Of a stretch of 41,290 bases of DNA, positions 21,385-32,687 are shown piece after piece. Position numbers and translations under genes: made by a program. The first letter of the stretch is position 1, and each line of letters begins with the position of its first letter. The DNA comes from Trypethelium eluteriae. Lineage: Eukaryota. The notes beneath the pieces were generated by a model. The model did not search any database. It was not told where the DNA came from and saw nothing but the letters and a program-made list of their open reading frames with translations. The stretch lies in contig JAVECL010000163.1 in assembly GCA_051942245.1 (NCBI GenBank), positions 1 to 41,290 of the forward strand, read 5' to 3'.

Positions 21385-22836
21385 TCATGGGTAAGTCTCC
21401 ATGAACTGCTTTAGAGCCCAGACTGCCCCAGGATTCCTGTTTGCCAAGCCGCGGATTCGTACTTTCTTGCAGCTCCTGACTCCCGTCTGCCAATGCCACA
21501 AAGGTTCCAAAATCTGATGTACTGACCCAGGGTGCCCGTTTAGTATTACGCCGTTGCTGAACGTGTACTTGATTGTGACGATCCCCTTGAGCAGCACAAG
21601 GTTCAAAAACACTGCCGCATTTGCGCTAGCCTGAACAGCACCTCCCACGTCTTGAACTTCAATATCAATCCGAATCTTGTTGAAGCTAAGCATCCCTTTC
21701 GAATAGCCGAAGTCAAAGATTGATGGGCAAGCCCGGCGGGGGTGATTGCCTGGATACAGCCCGTGCTCCTGGTATCGGAGATGACACCATTTAAATCCTG
21801 CAATAGACCTGATGTACAGGTGAGCAATGAAGGGATTCGAGACAATGGTACGCGCAAAGATTACTTCCCTCCCAAGCACAGGTGGAACACTTGCCGGGCT
21901 TTCGTGGCTCAGAATAGTATCCATGCCAGAATGACCTTGATCTATTTCTGACAGCTCGCCGGGGCCTATGGAATGAGGAAGCATAAATTCCCAAACAAGT
22001 TTCTGGACAGCTCTTGGCAGATTGAACGTCATTGCTGTTCCTAGAGCCGGCTGGTTCTCGAGTTGGGGCGTGATCAGGCGCAAAACATCCAGAAATCGCT
22101 CTGGGTATTGGATCCTACCGTGACTCTTGACTTGAAATCTGGCGATTCTAGAGAGTCGCAGAAGACTGAGCACATGCTTGATAGGGCCAAGGATCCACTT
22201 GCGTTGCATCCCAGGATCGCAGCCACACAGGCCTTGATGAAAGCCCATGCTCAGGCTGAGTCTTATCTCCAGATACACCAGTTCCACGCACTGTTCGAGA
22301 ACCTCTCTGACCTTGAATACTTGCTCTAGAAGTAGTGCAATTCTTCTGTGCTGTCCGCAATGGGTACCCAGACCGCATGAGCTGAAACACTCATGCCACT
22401 CGAAGCGGAGGTTCACCCGAATCTTGCGCATTCGACTAGCATGACGAGGCATCATTGTGTCGGCCTGCATGATTTTTGAGTAAATGCCTACCGGGTGTAC
22501 AACTCCCGGGTCACGGAGAGCCAAATATTCGAAATACCCGTTTGGTCCAAGCGACACTGGTGGTGAGAGTGTTGTTGTATCCAGCGTGAATGTATTCTCC
22601 CCATAGAGGTATTCTAGGGCTCGATCGGAAATGATCCTATTCGCACTGAATATGCCAATGAATCCGGATCGTGCTTCCCATTCGTGGATCTTTTGATCTT
22701 CTGGAAGATGTTCATCGAAGGTGATGGTGTACGGTAAGAGGTAATAGAAGATCCGGTGAAGGATCTCTATCGGACAACTTAGAAGCGGCGGAGTGTCTCG
22801 ATCGGCCATATTTAGATCGTCTTCGGCTGTGTTCAT
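21385..22836 (-). CDS. Uncharacterised F-box-like protein (483 aa, intronless)
   Basis: N-terminal PLLSCPIEILHRIFYYLLP followed by IFSANRIISDRALEYLYGENTFTL and RMRKIRVNL, the typical pattern of fungal F-box-like proteins. Second motif FNLPRAVQKLVWEFMLP mid-protein. Confidence 0.72.
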   Translation of the reverse strand: MNTAEDDLNMADRDTPPLLSCPIEILHRIFYYLLPYTITFDEHLPEDQKIHEWEARSGFIGIFSANRIISDRALEYLYGENTFTLDTTTLSPPVSLGPNGYFEYLALRDPGVVHPVGIYSKIMQADTMMPRHASRMRKIRVNLRFEWHECFSSCGLGTHCGQHRRIALLLEQVFKVREVLEQCVELVYLEIRLSLSMGFHQGLCGCDPGMQRKWILGPIKHVLSLLRLSRIARFQVKSHGRIQYPERFLDVLRLITPQLENQPALGTAMTFNLPRAVQKLVWEFMLPHSIGPGELSEIDQGHSGMDTILSHESPASVPPVLGREVIFARTIVSNPFIAHLYIRSIAGFKWCHLRYQEHGLYPGNHPRRACPSIFDFGYSKGMLSFNKIRIDIEVQDVGGAVQASANAAVFLNLVLLKGIVTIKYTFSNGVILNGHPGSVHQILEPLWHWQTGVRSCKKVRIRGLANRNPGAVWALKQFMETYP

Positions 22837-23091
22837 TGATACTCAATGCAGAAGCTCGAGGAAAGGGGCTTCTTGAGCCACTTAAAAGCAGCTTCAGGGG
22901 TACCCACCAATAGACGATGTGGGAGGATGGAGGGAGACAGCTCTTGCTCTGAACGACAAAGACCAAGTCAACAAGGCTTGCAAGGGAAGCCAGTGAGACG
23001 GAGACAGGTGTGTTGCGCCGGGGCGTGAAGCCGCTCATACAGCCAGATCGTTGTCACGCTGGACACCCCCTCCCCAAAATACTTAAGTGCA

Positions 23092-25780
23092 ATGCACACC
23101 ATGTCTGCAAATCCTCCTCACTTACGACGTAGCAGAGCTACTTCATCGATATTTACTGTCTCTACCAACGCCGATACCATTTGCGAAGGCCATCTCAAGG
23201 AGCTTAATATTGGCACTGTCCATCAAGATCAAGATCCATCTCTAGGGATCGCCGTGATGGTAGTAATAATCGCTCCTGAAGCCCCAGAGCCCAGAGAACT
23301 CGTTGTTATTGGCAGCTGCAAGTGAATTCAGCCAACCATCTCAAAGAGTGCCTGGAAAGTCGCGTCATCCACGAGAAAGAGACTTGCTTGGGTCACAAAG
23401 GCGTAATTACTAGAACGCGCCTCCTCGAAATGATTGATTCGCGACAACATCCCCAGAGCGCAGATTTGTGGCAGGTTCCTCAGCATCCTTGTGAGCATAC
23501 TCTCAAGCGACCTCAGCCTGCTGGCAAATCGTCACGATGAAATTACGGCTTCGATGATCACCTCATTCAATCTCCGAACTCTCCTGGAAAACCAATGGGC
23601 GATGCCGACAGAAGCTATTGATACCTTTGTTGCAGCCTGCGCTTTCAACTTGCACATCCTGCATCATCTTTGGATCATCGCGTCAATGCAAGTAAGAAGT
23701 TGGATTTTCTCAACGCGAATCGGTCTTCCAAAGAGATGTTCCGTGGGACAAGACAGTCGCCCAGAAGCTTTCCAGACACCCGAGAATACCAGCAGAAAGA
23801 CAGCTACCGAGACAAACCAAGAGGACCCCCAGTACAGACATCACTCTTGGCTCTTTGTAGCTCCGGATACCTCATCTGGAAATCAAGCGAGTACCCAACA
23901 CCGTTGACAGTGCTAGCGATACCTCGCGGAAGTCCCACAATTGTACCACGGCTTGAGGGACCTCTGAACTCCAGCACCATCACTGCGGTGCTAAGTTCAG
24001 CCTGCTGAGAGTCTGCAGACTCCTTAAAAGTGAGCGAGGAGTCCAGCATCAACAGTCGAAATTTCCGACGGCAGGTCCGTTTCTCGGCTACATTGTCACG
24101 ATCAGGCCATTGTGGTCAGGGAACTTGGATATCTCGTATGCAGATATTCTTCCGAAACCAAATAGATTCCGGAGGAAACCACCAAATTGCCAAGCAGCCT
24201 AGAGAGTCCTTCAATGCGCTCCTAGACCCATTTACGTCTCCAAGAGAGGGAACGCGACACAGATAAGGCTCGACCGCAGCGTCCACTGAAGAACGGCCAC
24301 GGAGCCTAATGTACAACACCATTGCACTTACATCCTTGCAAAAGGAATGCATGAAAAAATCTGCATGGCATATTGCATCTGGATTCGAGACAGTGGGAAG
24401 CACTCCAACCGCACGATAGCACCCGGGTCTGGCCTACTACAACCGTCAAGGGATAGCATCCCCTTTATGCTATCGACAAGAGCCTTCCCTGTTGCTGCAA
24501 ACGGCCGTCTGAATTTGACACACAGACGTACGCGATCATGTGGTAGGACGCCGACATTGAAGTTTCAATCAAAGATACGACCATCATGACGGGAAAAGAC
24601 AACAGCGGCTTGCTGCGACCGGTCGAGGAATATCAACCTAGCGCGACTTCCTGCAACTCGTAGCATGGTTGTCAACAGCAGGCCACAACCCAGACACGGT
24701 CCATAAAGGTCTACAGCGGTCCAATCATCCGTCAATTTCAAATACGCGTCCAGCATCACTACAGTTTCGACAGAACACCGGTAGTCTCTCGAGCCCTTTT
24801 GGAAGAAAGATTAGAATACTGCTAGCGAAGGTTACTGTCTGCTCTAGGATGTCGAGGATAACGTGGCGGCGGCCGAACAAAGAGGCAAAGATTCTGTTCA
24901 CGAGGCCTTCGTTGACTAGTCGAAAGAATTTCCCGGTCAATGGGACACCGTTATGCTGGTGACATAGTTGCAATTACCCAATGGCTCGACTATTTGGCTA
25001 TCTCTTATGACAAACAACTGCATCCAACACTGTCACAATAGACGGCATGTTGCTTCCGAATTGAGAACTGTGGACGATGCGATCAGCTTGGCAGGTGTAT
25101 TTGATTGGACAAAGAACAAGGCCGTGCCAAGGAAGGGAGCACCTTTGCCCTACCGAAGGTAACCGAGAACGGTTGTGGACACCTCGGACGGACTTGCGCT
25201 TGCGATAACATCGGGCCTCTTTCGTGGTATGCAGTCCACACCAGCATGAGACAGCCAAGGGATAACGGATAAAGAGAGGGCGCGTACCAGTGCCGTCTAA
25301 TAAATGTATCCAAGATATCCGAGGCTGATGGGGGGAAGAAGGCCCGTCGAGTCTAACAAGGAAAACTTCTCCCGTTCCAGCAGGCTTAATTGCTTCTCCG
25401 ATTCTTACAGAGCAAGAAGACAAGATGGATCGTTTGCTACTTCTTCGATCCAGAGGATCGGACAACGGGCATAACATCATAGATCGCCTCCGGTAGCAGT
25501 CTTCTCCAGCATCAACTTCAAGTAACTTCCTCCAGGCTGGAATATAACAAAGAAAAGAGGACGATAGAAGTGAGCCTTATCCTCAATTCGAGACATACGT
25601 CGGGACTAGAAGCCCTTACCAGACGACTGCCAGGGCTTCTTGGCAGGATCCGTTCCGGCTGTTCAGCTGGAGAGCAGGAGACAAAGAGTAAAAGTTCTCT
25701 TCGGGTTTTGCATGGCTATCGAGCTCAGGCTGCGCCAACTAGGTCTTCTGCGGCGTCCCTCAACGGCAGTTGAATGAGAA
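23092..25780 (+). pseudogene. Possible decayed protein-coding relic of unknown family
   Basis: About 2.7 kb of coding-like composition without homopolymer or promoter texture. Short overlapping plus-strand ORFs hand over between frames and are broken by stops. No recognisable domain. Confidence 0.3.
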
Positions 25781-26158
25781 AGAACGAGGAAGGCCTTCCA
25801 TCTTGCTGGATTCGGTGCGCCCTGGCTCAGACTGGGTTAGCCGCTCTCTGACGGTCATGTGATTGGACTGCTTTCGACTGTAAACCGGGGTTCGAATTAT
25901 GCTTCGAACCGTGAAGGACAGTTCCATCCATAATCCTTTCCCGAAGATGTCATATGAAATAGTGGCTTGTTACGGATGCATTATTTCGGGGTTTCGTCGT
26001 TACCAGTGAAGCAACGGCCTCTCTTTCCCTGTGCACCTTACCCGAAGAACACTTCGTCTTGAGGCGATAGAGCTTGATCAAGGCGAAAGGCTAAACGAGA
26101 ATATGCAAGGAATCGTACATGGGGATATACCAAAATCTCCTAGCAGAAAATCCGATTT

Positions 26159-26190
26159 CCAGGGTCCAGGGTCCAGGGTCCAGGGTCCAT
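26159..26190 (+). repeat. Heptamer tandem repeat (CCAGGGT)4 plus a degenerate copy
   Basis: cc agggtccagg gtccagggtc cagggtccat ggt read directly. Confidence 0.9.
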
Positions 26191-26310
26191 GGTTTACCAC
26201 TTCTAGTTTGCCAAGAAAGTCGAATCAGGCTCCGCAAGTCTTACTGGTCATTTCCTGTTGACGAAATAAGAGACGTTCTTCCACTTAGGAGTAGAGAAAA
26301 CCACCACCAC

Positions 26311-26415
26311 CAAAAAAAAAAGGACGGAAAAAAAGACAGAAAAAAAGGCAAGAAAGATGGGAGAAAAAGGAAAGACTTGGGAAAGAAATGATAAGTAAGA
26401 AAGAAGAGAAAGCGA
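26311..26415 (+). repeat. Low-complexity A/G-rich polypurine tract
   Basis: caaaaaaaaaaggacggaaaaaaagacagaaaaaaaggcaagaaagatgggagaaaaaggaaag...; nearly free of pyrimidines. Confidence 0.8.
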
Positions 26416-28226
26416 TGAAGCAGATGGCAGCGCGAAGACGAACAAAGAAAAAGCGACCGAGGAAAGCAAGACTCTAAACCACGTGACTTGATATGGAAAA
26501 AGGTTCGAGTGAGGCAAGCATAGAGTGGAAGCCAAAGCAAATAACCATGGAACCAAGTACCTATGGGAGCAAGCAAGCAACAGCTATTTCGAGGCTTGAT
26601 GTCGTTCCCTCTGCGCTCATTCCCATTTTCTATTCTTGCATTCCTGCTCGGAAGGACGACCACTAAAGTATTTGGATCGGACACATAGAAAAGCGAGGCT
26701 GAATCTGTCGCGCTGATGCAGCCTACCTAGCTCATCGCGTCCTTCCATATTTGCTTTGGGAACGTAACGTCAGCATTCGGCCAGACGTCTCGCCGGTGGT
26801 ATGTCCGTCTCGTTCACCCAAGCGGTGGCGCGTACCGGCCTCGATCATTCAACGCGATTTCATACTGTCTCCGTGCCTTCACCATTTGTTGAAGTTGCCA
26901 GCTTCGACAGATATCTCAATGTCAAGAAAACCTCGATTGGCGGAGACGCAGCAAATGTCTAGCGTATGCTGACGAAGCACATGCTGGAAGATCCCGGGAG
27001 TTGTCCAACCAGAATGCTAAGGAGGTGCAGGCTGAGCATGGTGGCAGGGTGACTGATGGTCAAGTGTCAGGAAAACTCCATATAGGTGTCCTTGGCAGCT
27101 CCAGAATAGTCGAACCCAACTGGCCTTGGTGGACGCGGCAGCGTAGAGCCAGACATATCGGATGACCTATGAATTCGGTCGCATGATTTGACTTCTTGAT
27201 CGGATTGCTCTGGCACCATTTTCCTGCCACTCGTCCAATTGCAATTATCGGCCCAGACTCCAGCCGTAAACGATGCTGGGGGCTGGGTGCCCTGAGAAAG
27301 CAAGCTATATGCCATAAGCCATCGAGAAGTCCAAGCGGCCTGTCCAGAATAGTTGTGGGCAGTTTGTGTCCCGCCCAGCTTGCCCTCTTAAGGAGATGGG
27401 CAGGTGAATGTCAGCTGAAGGAGCGTTTTCACGTTTCCGCGGGAGGAAATTACGTGGTTCAGAAGATCGATGAGGGAACTGAACTTCATGCAGATTGGGA
27501 TGTTGCGAATCTGCTGGGAGAAGGAGTGTGCGTGGGTCCAGACCAGGTCTTCTGTCCTTGCTGGCTAACTCAAGAAAAGACTGAGCCCTGCTGAGGACGT
27601 CAACAACCGCTGCTGAGGACGTCGACAGGATTTCGATGCGCTTCATTACTTTGTTCTGCGGTGCTGACAGAGTAACAAATCGACCCAAGGGAATAGGCCC
27701 AGGAGCGCGTTGCTAACGACGAAAGGTCGCACGAAGCACTCGGGCTGACAGGTCTATCAACAAAGATGGATGACAGGGGGTTGCTGCTACGCGTCAGGCA
27801 TTTGCAGGTCTTGCGCCTCAAGACTGGAAAAGTTTGCTTGAGCACTTGAAAATGGTGGTGGTGAAGAGGTGGTGAAGAGGTGGCGTGGAAGTGGGAAATA
27901 GATCGGAGTTGACGATTTCGGCGTCTCCTGGACCCTGACGCGTCTTCCGCCTTTTTTTTTTTTCCTACTCTCAACATGACCATGACCACCGATATCACAC
28001 CCAGCCGACACAGGCTGGTTGCTCGGCCACAACAATATGGCCATGTTTTCCCCCATCTCACTGATAGCCCCGACGCTGGGGTCATTGTCATTTGACCCTT
28101 CACAGTCTCTCCGGCGTGCTGATTTCAACAAGCATCGCCGGCAAGTTCACCACCACAATCATTACCCCCTATCTATCTTTCTCTCGCTCTCTAGAATTCC
28201 ACAGTATCAAGAAATCCCAAGCCACC

Positions 28227-29387
28227 ATGAAACTCGAGAAGCTGCCAAACGAGCTCCTGGAGCTGCTGTTCTCCCATTGCCCAGATATGAGGGCATTCCT
28301 CACTCTGGCGTACACCTGCCGCCATCTCAAGGAGGTGGCATTCCGCCAGGGGGGTAGGCTGTTGGAGACGGCGCTCGACACGCATTATGGGCCTGTCCGC
28401 CTGCTCCTCCAGCTTGCCCTCTACGACGACGAGGGGAGCGCGAGCAACCAGCCAGGGGCGATCCAGGCCCATCAAGTGCCCGCACTGCTCGCCCTTGGGC
28501 GAGTAGCGGAAGAATGGTGCCAAATCTACCCGCTGAAGAAGTGGAACGAAGAGGACAACATCGTAGACCGGCGCTCTTTAGACGGCGCGGAGGCTCGCTG
28601 CCTTCGCACAGCCGTCTATCGCGTCTGGCTCTACGGAGCAAGATTCCACGACGCCGAATCCGCAGGGCTCGACTTCGACGAGGATGCCAACGAGGACCAA
28701 GTCAAGTACCTCCGACGCTATGAGACCTGCGATCTCGCAGACATGCTCGACTTCCACCAAATCCTCCTCCACGTCCTTAGCAGCAGCATTTGTCCGAGCA
28801 ACGAGACCGTCGTGCGTCGCGTAAGGAAGCGGGTCGGCGACTCCCGTCACCTGGACTTCAGCGTCCCGAGCGCCAGGAGCTCGAGACCACACCTAGCCGT
28901 CAACAGCCCGCAGCAGGTCGAAGGAGTCGAGATCGCTTGGCCTGCCAGGCGCTCCTTCGACCGGTACAAGCCTACTCGCGAGCACGACCCTGCGCAAGAG
29001 GGTTGGGGCTCCGGCAATGCGCACTACACTAAAACTCGCCGCATGACCAAGCTTAACCCAGCGCAGATCCTCTATCTGCGCAAGCATGCGCGGACGAAAA
29101 CCGAGGTCATGGCGGCGGTAGACTACTGGGCTGACTTGATGAGGAGTGGGACCAGCAAGCTCTTGGATTTCCGTCGGGATTTTGCTAATGGCGTTCCTCG
29201 AGCTGGGAGCGAGTTCTGGAACGAGGAGTGGCTTCTTCGGAATGAGGAGACGTTGGACGCAGCGTTGGAGTATGTCTTCACGGAACGGGGTTACAATTTC
29301 CGGAGGACAAAGGCGGAGGTGAAGGAGGGGAGGATGGGGATTTTAGATCAAACTGAGGGGAATGGGGATGAAGCTTCAGAGGAGTGA
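28227..29387 (+). CDS. F-box domain protein (386 aa, intronless)
   Basis: GCCACC-ATG start context. N-terminal F-box MKLEKLPNELLELLFSHCPDMRAFLTLAYTCRHL. Downstream RRSLDGAEARCLRTAVYRVWLYGARFH and ICPSNETV motifs, as seen in a Pezizomycotina F-box family. High GC at third positions. Confidence 0.85.
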   Translation: MKLEKLPNELLELLFSHCPDMRAFLTLAYTCRHLKEVAFRQGGRLLETALDTHYGPVRLLLQLALYDDEGSASNQPGAIQAHQVPALLALGRVAEEWCQIYPLKKWNEEDNIVDRRSLDGAEARCLRTAVYRVWLYGARFHDAESAGLDFDEDANEDQVKYLRRYETCDLADMLDFHQILLHVLSSSICPSNETVVRRVRKRVGDSRHLDFSVPSARSSRPHLAVNSPQQVEGVEIAWPARRSFDRYKPTREHDPAQEGWGSGNAHYTKTRRMTKLNPAQILYLRKHARTKTEVMAAVDYWADLMRSGTSKLLDFRRDFANGVPRAGSEFWNEEWLLRNEETLDAALEYVFTERGYNFRRTKAEVKEGRMGILDQTEGNGDEASEE

Positions 29388-29655
29388 AGCTGGTGTACTG
29401 TCAGCACAGCCGGGAGGTCGTAGGGATGGAGCAGCGGAGTCTTGAGGAGCAGATACAAAGATGAGTCAGAATGCCTTCCTGGTATCAATAGATTTCACAT
29501 AGATAGATGGTGGTATATCACACCGCGCTGTTAGCCAATTACGGAAGTCCAATAAGACCCATTATACACAAACTGCCTTATAGCAGGAACATTTGCTCTT
29601 CATGCCCTGAACATTAGATGCGTCAAACGTTAAGACCTTCGCCTCATTCCATAAT

Positions 29656-32600
29656 TTACAATTCAACCACAACAAAAACCACACCAATTACGGTCAACAT
29701 TATCTGTAGCCACACAGAACCACTTTCACTCCTTGAAGCACTTCCCGGGAAGGACTGAGGCTGAACAGTGCCTGTCGCCCCCACTCCACTAGCAACATAG
29801 CTCCCAATGCCGGTCGAGGCAGGCGGCAGATTCGATGTCTGACCGTTGATTACCGCAGCAGTTGCAGATGGAGATAAAGAAACCGTCGTCCCGTTAAGAG
29901 TAAGTGGAGCCCCACCGGGAACCAGCGTCTCTCCGGGTCCGAGAAAATACGCCGGTGTTCCCGACACGGTCGTTGCTGCGTAAGTTTGTCCGTTCAGCGT
30001 CAGTGCTGGAGCAGACGTGATCTGTCCGGTGCCGGCAGTGAGCGCAGACGTCTGCCCGTTAACTATGACTGCAGAGCCAGAAGGCGCAAGCGAGAGGGTT
30101 GAGCCGGAGATTGTAAGAGCAGGCCCACCTGCAGATAGAGTTTCTCCAGGGGCGATGGAGTAGACTGGAGTGCCAGAAACGGTGGTGGGAGTGTAGGTCT
30201 GGCCGTTGAGGGTAATTCCAGCCGCTGATGGGATGCCTGCACCAGAGAAGGTCTGACTAAGAGGCGTTGTGGCACCATTGACGACAACGGCCGAGCCGGA
30301 AGGAGCGATAGAGAAGGTAGATCCGGAGATTGTGACCGGCGAGCCACCGGCAGTTATGGTTTGTCCTGGTGCGATGCTGTAGACCGGAGTTCCGCTAACG
30401 ACTGATGGGCTGTATGTCTGACCTCCGACAGTAATAGCAGGGGCTGGTGGTGCATTCGTAACGGCAGGGAGTACGGGAGCGAGGGAAGAAGTCTGCCCGT
30501 TGACGACGAATGCAGATGCCGACGGGGCAAGGGAATAGGTATTTCCAGAAACGGTGATTGGACTTCCTCCTGGTATGAGAGTCGCAGAATTCCCAATCTG
30601 GTATCCAGTCGTGCCACCATTGACAACCGGGCTCGCAACCTGACTACCGATGGTAACCGGAGCAGGCGCAGCAGGAGAACCTTGACCTCCGCCGTTTCCT
30701 TGACCTCCGCCAGTTCCACCTAAGCCTGCATTTCCGCTCGAGCCCTGGTTTCCGCCTGACCCTTCGTTTCCAGAAGACGCTGAAGTGCCAGACGAGCCTC
30801 CTGATCCCTGGCTCCCACTAGGAGCTTCGCTTGATCCCTGGCCATTCGGGGACCCCGAAGACCCTGCGTTTCCGGAGGAACCCGACGATCCTTGACCCCC
30901 ACTTGAACCTTGACTGCTTGGTGAGCCTGTAGATCCTGAATTTCCTGAAGACCCCGAGGAACCAGATGAACCTTGATTGCCGGAAGAACCAGATGAACCA
31001 GAGTTTCCTGATGATCCCGAGGAACCAGATGAGCCTTGACTCCCAGAAGAGCCAGATGACCCAGAATTTCCTGAAGAACCGGAGGAGCCAGACGAACCCG
31101 ACGAGCCTTGATTTCCACTCGAGCCTTGACTTGCAGCCGGTGGAGACTGGCTTCCAGCACCGAGAATGGACAGAATACCACCTTCCGGTCCGCCTGGATC
31201 AGATGTACCTGTGCCGGGAGACGGCGCTGGTGGCGACGTACCAGCAGAAGCGGCATTAGAGGATTGTCCCGAAAATGGTATGAGGCCGCTTCCAATAGAC
31301 CCGACCAGGCCTGACAACGGATTAGAGCCTGTCGTCGGAGCTGGTGCTGGAGCTGGAGCTGGGCTATTCGGGCTTGGATTGGTATTCTCGGACTGCGGCG
31401 CCGGCGCATTACTGTTCAGAGGGACTGTGGTAGTTGGTGACGGAGGTGGTGGTGGTGGTGGCGGCGTTGTTCCTGGGGCTGCCGCTGGTACACTTGATCC
31501 TGGACGTGCCATGGTAGCGGCAGCTGCAGCAGAAGTACCCGATTCATAGCCAGTGCTTGTGACCGTCAGAAACAGGGCGGCGTTGGATGTCTCTTCTGCG
31601 GCTACAGATGTCAAACTGCAATTTGGTTGCAGTGAGCAAGTCTTGTTTGAAAGTGCCGCTACGTCTGGGAATTCAGTGGCCAATTCGGCTTGGTCGTAGC
31701 CCTCTGCACCGAACTCTGAAGACCAGAGCCAACCATAAGGATCCAAATCGAGGCCCAGATATCCACTCGTGGACTTGATTTCCATAGTCGACACAAGCGG
31801 CGTGGGTAAGTGAGGTAAAGCTTCCACCAAGTAGTCATTCTAGGTCTCGTTAGCAACGTACTTAAGCTGACAGATCTGGAGGCTTAAGGTCACCAACATG
31901 AGTTGTGCATGTAGGTATGCCCATCAGAGTTGTTGGGATAACACCAGACCATGTGATCTCGTCTGGAGGAAAACTCATTACGGTTGCAAAGGGGCTACGG
32001 GAGGTCAATACCTGCGTAGCTTTGGCGATCAATGGTTGAAGAAAGGGTCTTACATGGTCAAAACTGTCGACGTATTGGCATAATAATCGATTTCCGTTTG
32101 GTACGCCACCTGGGTCGAGCCTGAAAGCTTAGCGCCTGCTGGAGGCGTCAGATGGACATACCCAGAGGCCGCAGATCCGCTGAGCGTGACATTATTGTGG
32201 ATTGTTGTTGTTCTTGTTGTATTCGCTTGGGTGTTGATGATTATCGAGACAGTAGCAGCGGTGACAATGGTCTGAAATTGACTTTGCTTCCAAGTAATGT
32301 AGCTCTCCGTTTGTGGACTGCATGGCGAATAACAAGCAAGTTCGCAACTGCCATTGGCACTAGCTGTTGGAGCGACTGTCACTGAGAGCGTTGATGTTAT
32401 GTCAATAGTACTCGTCGAAGCTATTACTGAATTAGCTTCGGAACACACTAAGCAGTTAAACTTTCCAAAACACCCTCGAGACAGGCTATCCAGCACCTCT
32501 TATCAGAATGGAGTTGCGTATGCAACTCGTTTGGATGCTGGTCTTCGTTCTCAACCACATCACCAAAAGTGCGTTTTCCACTGAGTAATGGACATGAATA

Positions 32601-32687
32601 GGAAATGCATAACATACTTCGATTGGGAAACGTTGCCGCGTGTACCCAGCCGAGAAGGGTCGCGAGGCAAATAAAGGACCAAAACAT
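29656..32687 (-). CDS. Secreted, probably GPI-anchored Ser/Gly/Thr/Pro-rich cell-surface (adhesin/mucin-like) protein; about 4 exons
   Basis: Signal peptide MFWSFICLATLLGWVHA at 32687. Cys-containing N-terminal domain, poly-Pro linker, SSG/SQG repeats, four copies of a beta-rich unit (TxxGQTYxxxxVSGTPxYSIAPGxTxxAGGxxxTISGxTxSLAPSGSAVxVNG), C-terminal omega-like FPGSAS plus hydrophobic tail VWLQIMLTVIGVVFVVVEL. The intron 1 acceptor is uncertain. Confidence 0.82.
30725..31140 (-). repeat. Coding tandem array of 9-nt units (SSG/SQG/NSG/NQG tripeptides)
   Basis: Protein GSSGNQGSSGSSGSSGSSGNSGSSGSSGSQGSSGSSGSSGNSGSSGSSGNQG...; DNA units gaaccagat/gagccttga recur. Confidence 0.9.

Noticed and set aside
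24347..24410. YCIWIRDSGK as a degenerate NACHT Walker A motif
   Set aside because: Lacks GxxGxGKS/T spacing, and no downstream Walker B could be found.
25870..25912. tRNA-Tyr-like words (CTGTAAA loop, GGTTCGAAT) and palindrome GGTTCGAA-N6-TTCGAACC
   Set aside because: No acceptor or D stem, no variable loop, and the T-stem does not pair. Not a tRNA.
26159..26190. (CCAGGGT)n as telomeric or CRISPR-like repeat
   Set aside because: No spacers, not TTAGGG, only four units. An ordinary minisatellite.
27590..27623. Direct repeat GCTGAGGACGTC x2
   Set aside because: Isolated short duplication with no element boundaries or TSD logic.
30720..31409. 229-aa alternative-frame ORF with LV/LQE periodicity
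   Set aside because: Frame-shifted reading of the SSG repeat array of the surface protein.
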